Source of the DNA: Octopus vulgaris
Taxonomy: Eukaryota
Direction of reading: 5' to 3'
DNA length: 64,000 bases
NCBI GenBank assembly: GCA_951406725.2
Contig: OX597826.1
Span: 49,786,001-49,850,000 of the forward strand
Translations under genes and position numbers: made by a program
Shown: piece after piece, positions 55,914 to 64,000 of the stretch
Position numbering within the stretch: position 1 is the stretch's first letter
How the letters are laid out: each line of letters starts with the position of its first letter
Notes under the pieces: model-generated
What the model was told of the DNA's origin: nothing
The model's database searches: none
What the model saw: only the letters and a program-made list of their open reading frames with translations

Positions 55914-56699
55914 TGTTTCATGGACCCGTAATATGATATCTGCATGTTCTTGATCTTATAAACTTTCTTATTGTTTGAGTGAAAGAAAACTAACTTCAAT
56001 GAAACAACCGGAAGTGATCTCATATACAAGACATTTTCACGTTCTTGTCAAATGTTCGAATTTGCCATTTGGAAGCCATATTCTCAGCTGGAATGCACAA
56101 AGACTGGAATAATTCAGAATTATACAATGGTTGGAAATTTCAAACAAATATATCAGAAAGCAGTTCATGAATGCTACGGGGAAATATCATAGGATTTCTT
56201 ATATTAGACAGAGAAATCATTTGGTCTCAAAAGAAACCTTGATTCCAACATGGCGTCACATCCCTTTGAATACAGGAAGTCAAATAATATTCGATGACAA
56301 TCGAAAGAACTGTATAGTTCGTCAATCGATGACTTTAAACATCTGTCATGCAGAGTGAAATATACAGGTGACGATTGCTGAAAAGGCTTCAGTTACAAGA
56401 ACTCATGTAGTTAAACTCGCTTGGCGGTTAAATTCCGTTAGGTTCGTGCCGGAAACTAAATTTCTGGCATTGTCTACTATGCATCTACAGAAGAAACGCC
56501 TTCTCTGTCGGAACAAAGACATATAAATGTTTATTGTTATTGTTCTGTACATTGAAACCGAGGGACACAATAGCTTTAGATTTATCAACGCTTTTGTATA
56601 AAACTGTCTCTGTTTTCCCCGTTTTTCTTTCTTTCTCACTTTGTCTTTGCGCTAACTCTCCCTTTTTATCTTTCATTCCACCTCTGTAACTATTTATCA

Positions 56700-56966
56700 G
56701 CCTCTATCTCTCTGTTTCTCTATCTATTTATCTAACTACCTATCTATTTATCTACCAATCTACCTCTATATCTATCAATCTATATACGTATCTATCTACC
56801 TACTTATCGATCTGCCTATCTTTCTGTCTATCTAACTATCTAACTATGTATCAATGAATCTCTCTCTAAATTTATATCAATTTAACAACTTATCTATCTA
56901 TCTGTCCCTTTCTCTCTCGCTGTCGCCCTTTCACTCTCACACACATACTCTCTCTCTCTCTCTCTC

Positions 56967-57027
<61 letters not shown>

Positions 57028-57154
57028 CCTAACAAGCAATACATCTACCTATCTACCTATCTATCCAAATATCTAACTACCAATCTATCCATCTATCTAC
57101 CTAGCTTTCTTTGACTATCTGTCTATCTACCTACATACCTACTATCTATCTATC

Positions 57155-57199
<45 letters not shown>

Positions 57200-57361
57200 G
57201 TCTATTTATCTATCTATCTATCTATCTATCTATCTGTCTATCTATCTATTTATCCACCAATCTATCTATCTATCTATCTATCTCTATCTATCTCTATCTA
57301 TCTATCTATCTCTATCTATCTATCTATCTATCTATCCATCTACCTATCTATCTATCTACCC

Positions 57362-57396
<35 letters not shown>

Positions 57397-57470
57397 AATC
57401 TCTCTATTTATCCACCAATCTATCTATCTATCTACCTATCTACTTACCGACCTGTCTATCTCCTATCCTC
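56700..57470. repeat. Degenerate (TCTA)n tract
   Basis: Direct inspection. Confidence 0.92.
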
Positions 57471-57878
57471 TCTATCACCCATTCTCACTCTTTGTTTTCT
57501 CCGATTTTTCTCTATCACTATTTGCAACTCGCCATACAGATTTTCATGCCAAAGCTTTTGCAACACAACAAAAGAATTTTCTACACGTTTGCCAGATAAT
57601 CCATTCTGCTGTTTTTCCTACCACTGCCTCTTACCCAATGTCATCCTGTTTTACTTCTAACTTCGTCTATCACACATGTATCTGCTCCCCCCCTCACCGT
57701 CCGTCTGCCTCTGCCCCATGCTCCACTATCCTTTAGTAATTGTTCTCAATAATATCACCAAATTTACCAGTTTCGCGATCTTTCAACTTTCATCATCTAT
57801 CTATATATACACACATGAACAAATATTCAATACCAACGGGAATACATACACATGTATGTATGTATATATGCATGTATG

Positions 57879-57913
<35 letters not shown>

Positions 57914-57919
57914 GTATGC

Positions 57920-57958
<39 letters not shown>

Positions 57959-58270
57959 TATATATATATCAGTATATATACATATAAATATATCTGTATG
58001 TATGTATGTATGTATGTATGTATGTATGTGTGTATGTGTGTATGTATAATAGTAGGTACGTACATGTCAAATGTTTTAAACATACGTGAATATATATGTG
58101 CATGCGTGTTATGCCTAATGTATGAACAGGTGTGTGTAGGTATTTCTTTATATACTTTTTGAAAACGTGTGGGTGTGTAAACATATATTTGTACACACAT
58201 GCGTATATAAATATATATATATGTGTGTGCGTGTATGCGTGTGTGTGTGTAAAACGCAGGCAAACACATA

Positions 58271-58415
<145 letters not shown>

Positions 58416-58530
58416 CATGCATATATATATATACATACATATATATATATATACATACATATATCTGATGTGTGTATAGATACAGATATATATTTATGCA
58501 TACACACACATACACACACACACATACACA

Positions 58531-58598
<68 letters not shown>

Positions 58599-58807
58599 CA
58601 CACACACACACACATACAACAGCATGCACAGGCACACAAATTCCCATGTAACGGTCGTCGTAGCCATTCATCCGGTTGTTAATCAGATACTCTTTTAACA
58701 ACCCAACCGGTTTGTCGCTCTTTCTCGCTTATCACTCTCACTATTCTTCTTCTCTCACTATCCCTCTTTCTCTAAACACAAGCATTCACACAAACAAACA
58801 CACACAC

Positions 58808-58850
<43 letters not shown>

Positions 58851-59015
58851 CACTCTCACTCACGCACGCACATGCACACACACACATGCATTCACATAGA
58901 TAAATAAGTAGATAGAGACATACATGCATATATACATGTACAGACAGACAGACAGATAGATAAAAAGATAGAAAGATATGTACATATATACATATGTGTG
59001 TGTATATATGTATGC

Positions 59016-59053
<38 letters not shown>

Positions 59054-59054
59054 G

Positions 59055-59089
<35 letters not shown>

Positions 59090-59134
59090 ACGTATGTATG
59101 TATGTGTGTACATATGTATATTTATATATATATC

Positions 59135-59560
59135 GTGGCTGTGTGGTAAGAAGCTTGGTTGCCAACCACATGGTTCCGGGCTCAGCCCCACTGTGTGACA
59201 CCTTGGGCAAATGTGTTCTACTCTAGCCTTGGGCCGACCAAAGCCTTGTGAGTGGATTTGGTAGACGGAAGCTGAAAGAAGCCCGTCTTATATATATATA
59301 TATATATATATATATGCGTGAGGGGTGTATGTGTGTGTGTATGCATGTGTTTGTGTGTCTGTATTTGTCCCCCCACCATCTACCTCTATATCTATCAATC
59401 TATATACGTATCTATCTACCAACCTACCTAGTGGTTCGGCAAAAGACACCAACAGAATAAGTCCTAGCGTCGATTTGTTCGACTAAAAGCCGGTGCTCCA
59501 GCATGGCCGCAGTCAAATGACTGAAACAAGTAGAAGAATAAAAGAAAGAATAAAATAATA
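59135..59560 (+). mobile_element. SINE family A with internal replacement
   Basis: Head, core and tail present; about 45 nt of body replaced by a copy of 56758-56800. Confidence 0.88.
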
Positions 59561-59785
59561 AAAACCACAATCTATAAGTATATATAATTTTAAGTTCTGT
59601 AGTCATTATATTTTGCTGCATTACTATATTCACCCCGGCATGATTTCTTACATTAATAACATGGCTGAAATGGACGATTACATATAATGTATACGCGGGA
59701 AATGCAGATATATACTGGCATTTATACGTAGAAATTTATCGGTATGTACATGTATGTATTTTTCGTCTATATATTGTCGGTGTAC

Positions 59786-59844
59786 CTCTACTGAAGAGTG
59801 TAAAGTAATATTTATTACAGAACACGAAATCTTAAGATATAGGG
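59786..59844 (+). ncRNA. Putative type I hammerhead ribozyme
   Basis: ctcta-CTGAAGA-gtgt[aaagtaatatttattacaga]acac-GAAA-tc-ttaa-ga-TA-taggg. All core nucleotides present; stem I ctcta/taggg, stem II gtgt/acac, stem III ATC/GAT with palindromic loop, AUA cleavage triplet. Folded by eye only. Confidence 0.6.
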
Positions 59845-60248
59845 TTATCCTAGATTTTTGTAAATCCTCTAAACCATTACCGCGCATTCGGCCTTATGCT
59901 GTAATAAAAAAGGGAGAACAAATTGTAGCTCGTAGACATTTAACATCTACTTCTAGCGTATGGTGTTGGCACTCCAGTGCCCTTAATTGTAATTATATTT
60001 TTATAATTATATATATATATATATTCCCAAATGTAACTATAGGTGGACTGTTGGCGATTTTTTTCCCTCCTTCTTCCTTTTCTTTTGGACTTTCCCATGT
60101 CGCCTGTTTCCGAAGAAGAGCTTTGCTCGAAGCGTAAAACAACCACACTTTCTCAGCGTTTTATTAATACTTTGCATTTACCATGGCCTAGCGTTGATGT
60201 TTTTTCTTGTCATTTTTCTCCATTTTATGTTAACTATCTATCTACCTA

Positions 60249-60293
<45 letters not shown>

Positions 60294-60475
60294 GAAAAAG
60301 GCGTTCAGAATATTTAATTACATATTTAAGCGCTTAAATATGTAATTAAATATGTGATTTGAAGAAATAATATGTGATATGTAAATTAATATATATATTT
60401 TTCTATATACAACCATCCAGCATTCTGAACGCCTTTTTCTTTCATATGTATTAAATCTGTACATCACCCCAATAC

Positions 60476-60536
<61 letters not shown>

Positions 60537-60781
60537 ACAGAAAGGGAGGAATTTCGATTATATCTTCGTGGTGAGTTGTAATATATAAGAAATTAACGAA
60601 GGCAAATGCACACACTTTACATAGTGTTTTAATATAATTTTTAATATATCTTATATTGTGTTTGTTAACCGGTTTCGCTTTCGTTAATCATGACATTAAA
60701 ATTCATTTAAATACGTATTTTCTTAAGAAAAATATTTGGGTATGTAATCGTGAATTAAAATATGTATAGAGATCAAAGTTG

Positions 60782-60842
60782 GTTATGCGTGCATATTTAG
60801 ACGTTATGCGTGCATATTTAGACGTTATGCGTGCATATTTAG
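60782..60842. repeat. 21-bp minisatellite, three copies
   Basis: gttatgcgtgcatatttagac repeated nearly three times. Confidence 0.9.
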
Positions 60843-61751
60843 TCCTTGATCTCTATAGATATTTTAATTCCCGATTACATCTCAATCACTGTACATATTT
60901 TTCCCCACTACTCCAGTTTTAGAATGTTTGTGTATATATATTCCCCCTACCGAAAGATGAACAAATATCTCCCCCGTCCACAATAATTACGATAACAAAT
61001 GAGATCACGCTAAAAAGACATTTGTACGTCGTTGGATTATAGTGATAAACGTTTGTACGACACGAGTACAACTCTCTGAGTCACTGTCATTCATACTTAG
61101 TGATAGTCCGAAGCGAGATGATCAGTAATCACGTGAAACCGTAGGTTTTACATCAGTGTCCCTCTCCAAGAATGATGCTGTGACAACAGCCAGGAGTCCC
61201 TCTCTCCCGGTGGTTCTACCGCACATCCTGACACAAATCAAGAGCATTTCTGCTTCCCCGCAATCAGATGGATTGTCATCACATATGCTAGTTTAACCAA
61301 TCGCTGGGTCTCTGACTGGTGCTACAACACTGGGTCAGACTAGACCTGGGGAAAATTGTAGCTAAGTGGTATCTTCACACTCTTCGGAGCCCTGAAACTC
61401 CCGAACTAGAGCCTCAATAATTCCTTTTGGGAATAGTATATCTCGTAACACCCAGAAATAAAGGTATATGTACATATTTGACTAAAAATCCTTGAAAAAT
61501 CACTCTGAATAGGAAATCTCCTACATGCTATTGTTTATTGCTTTATCTGCGGGCTTTGAGAAATACCATTCTCTCAGCTGTAACCAGTACGGGAGGCTCA
61601 ACTTACATTATGCTTTATGTGAAGAATCCTAAGTGTTAAATTTCAATTAACCTGAAGAAAACGGATTTTATACATGATGTAATATTTTTGTTTATCAATA
61701 AAGAACACGTTTAAAACAGCTGTAGTGAATCTCAACCCATTTGTGCTATTG

Positions 61752-61803
<52 letters not shown>

Positions 61804-62145
61804 CATACTTTTACAAGTGGGGTGGCAGTGACCTCGATGTTTTGTCAGACGAGCAAATCGGAACCTCGAAGCCCACAGTCACCACATTTCTGGTAAAAGT
61901 TTAATAAACATGTACTCTACACAAAGTACTTACTGGGCAATCTAGTTCAATGTTAGTTGCTTTTGATACATAATGTATCCATACATACATTCATTTATAC
62001 ATATATATATACATAATGTATCCATACATACACTCATGCATACATATATACAAACATATATATATAGAGAGAGAGAGAAAGGGAGAGAGAGAAAGAGAGA
62101 GTGTGTGTGTGTGTGCGTGTGTGTGTTTGTGTCTGTGTGTGCGTG

Positions 62146-62222
<77 letters not shown>

Positions 62223-62935
62223 AGGCGCATATTAATGCAGGCAGTATTAATTTAGTTCATGTAAGCGAGATCTTGATCAGAAAATGTCCACAATGATTCT
62301 ATAGGTAATCGATGACAAAGAAGCACTGTTACTATATCGTTGACCTCACTTAACACTTAAAGATCACAATACAAATGCTCCAATGACACTGTCAACAGAT
62401 TATTAACTCTGCGAACTCAAAGCGCTATATAAAATCATCTACATCATCATCAACAAAACATTTTCCCCATGGAGTAGCATTAAATCTACCATTAAATATT
62501 GGTTGATGGTTTGCTAGCATCGACTACAAACACACAAACGCACACAGGCATTGCAGATTCTTACCCTTCAATTGTTAGATTCCTACATTTAAAAGCACTC
62601 ATTTGTTTTCGAAGTGCAACTGTACAATTACTGACCAGGAAATCACGGTCATAACTCACACTGAATTTTTGCTTTCCTTTGATGAAACTCTAGGAATCCA
62701 AAAAGAAAAAGAAAAAGAAAAGCGACTACATATCCTTCGACATATAGATTGATCGTAAAAATTCTAAGAAAGTTAAAATCTAAGAAGTGAAATCCTTTAC
62801 ACACTCTACATACACCTGAAATTCAGCTACATACATTCAGGTACATATCAGTGAGCTCATATAATCTCAAAACATGAACGTCATTGGTACCTTTAAAGAA
62901 CTTGACATAAAAATAACAAAATAACAAAATATATA

Positions 62936-63107
62936 GGCGCAGGAGTGGCTGTGTGGTAAGTAGCTTGCTAACCAACCACATGGTTCCGGGTTCAGTCCCA
63001 CTGCGTGGCATCTTGGGCAAGTGTCTTCTGCTATAGCCCCGGGCCGACCAATGCCTTGTGAGTGGATTTATAGACGGAAACTGAAAGAAGCCTGTCGTAT
63101 ATATGTG

Positions 63108-63175
<68 letters not shown>

Positions 63176-63400
63176 TGTGTTTGTGTGTCTGTGTTTGTCC
63201 CCCTAGCATTGCTTGACAACCGATGCTGGTGTGTTTACGTCCCCGTCACTTAGCGGTTCGGCAAAAGAGACCGATAGAATAAGTACTGGGATTACAAAGA
63301 ATAAGTCCCGGGGTCGATTTGCTCGACTAAAGGCGGTGCTCCAGTATGGCCGCAGTCAAATGACTGAAACAAGTAAAAGAGTAAAGAGTAAAGAGTAAAA
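62936..63400 (+). mobile_element. SINE family A, full length, young
   Basis: GGCGCAGGAGTGGCTG...GACTGAAACAA followed by GTAAAAGA repeats; nearly identical to the copies at 2374 and 14861. Confidence 0.93.
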
Positions 63401-64000
63401 GCACGCAGATTTATGCTTTGTCAACTTCTTTCATATTGGTCTTAATTTAAGTAATATTAATCGCCACCTCTTCAGAAAAAGCAAACAAATGCGATTAAAC
63501 GTTAACGAAGACTCCCTTATTAAAACCGTAGCGAAAATATCAGCGCAGATTTGTTGAGGTTACGTAGCTTCAGTGGCACATCTTGGAGTTTATCAACTTT
63601 CTCTCCAGTTACGAAAACGGGGTATTACGTATTAAAGGGAAAACAGTCTCAGGAACAGTTGGATCCCTGGATGTGAGGAACAAAATGTGGATAATAACCT
63701 ACAAACCTTAGCAGTGCTGACAACGCTACGCACAGTCCAAATGATGATGAGCCCTTTTTACTAATCTAAGATACTCTTAATCCAAAAGCACGGATCAATC
63801 AAGATGCTTTATGCACTCACGACTTGCTCTATAACAATAGGCAGCCAGTGATATAATGCAACTCACACAACTCATTCTCTGGAGAATCACACCAAATTGC
63901 CTGACTCAAAACACACTCAAGACAGTTAACTAAAGCTTTCACCGTCACTTGCAAGTGAGTATGACCTAGTAGTTTGTAGCATGCTAATAGTTTAAGGGTA

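Overview
This is AT-rich, microsatellite-saturated animal genomic DNA. The SINE families and repeat landscape look like an Octopus (coleoid cephalopod) intronic or intergenic region; that assignment is recognition from memory, not a database result. I find no intact protein-coding gene. Nearly all long ORFs in the track are translations of (TA)n, (TG)n, (TACA)n, (AGAT)n or trinucleotide repeats, and the rest are decayed transposon fragments. The window holds many copies of at least five tRNA-headed SINE families, a decayed CR1/L2-group LINE, Tx1/L1-like and RTE LINE fragments, four to five Tc1/mariner relics, pogo/Tigger-type ends, three non-autonomous Helitrons and two long foldback elements. 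The most interesting signals are: (1) a complete type I hammerhead ribozyme fold at 59786-59844, plus several related degenerate motifs in short elements next to (TA)n tracts, suggesting Penelope/retrozyme-like families; (2) a LINE 3' end sharing a covarying stem-loop with the tail of the most abundant SINE, a candidate LINE-SINE partner pair; (3) inverted duplications centred on (TA)n tracts and short locally templated insertions; (4) SINE multimers with recurring identical junctions; (5) an element sitting in (TAA)n on both sides.
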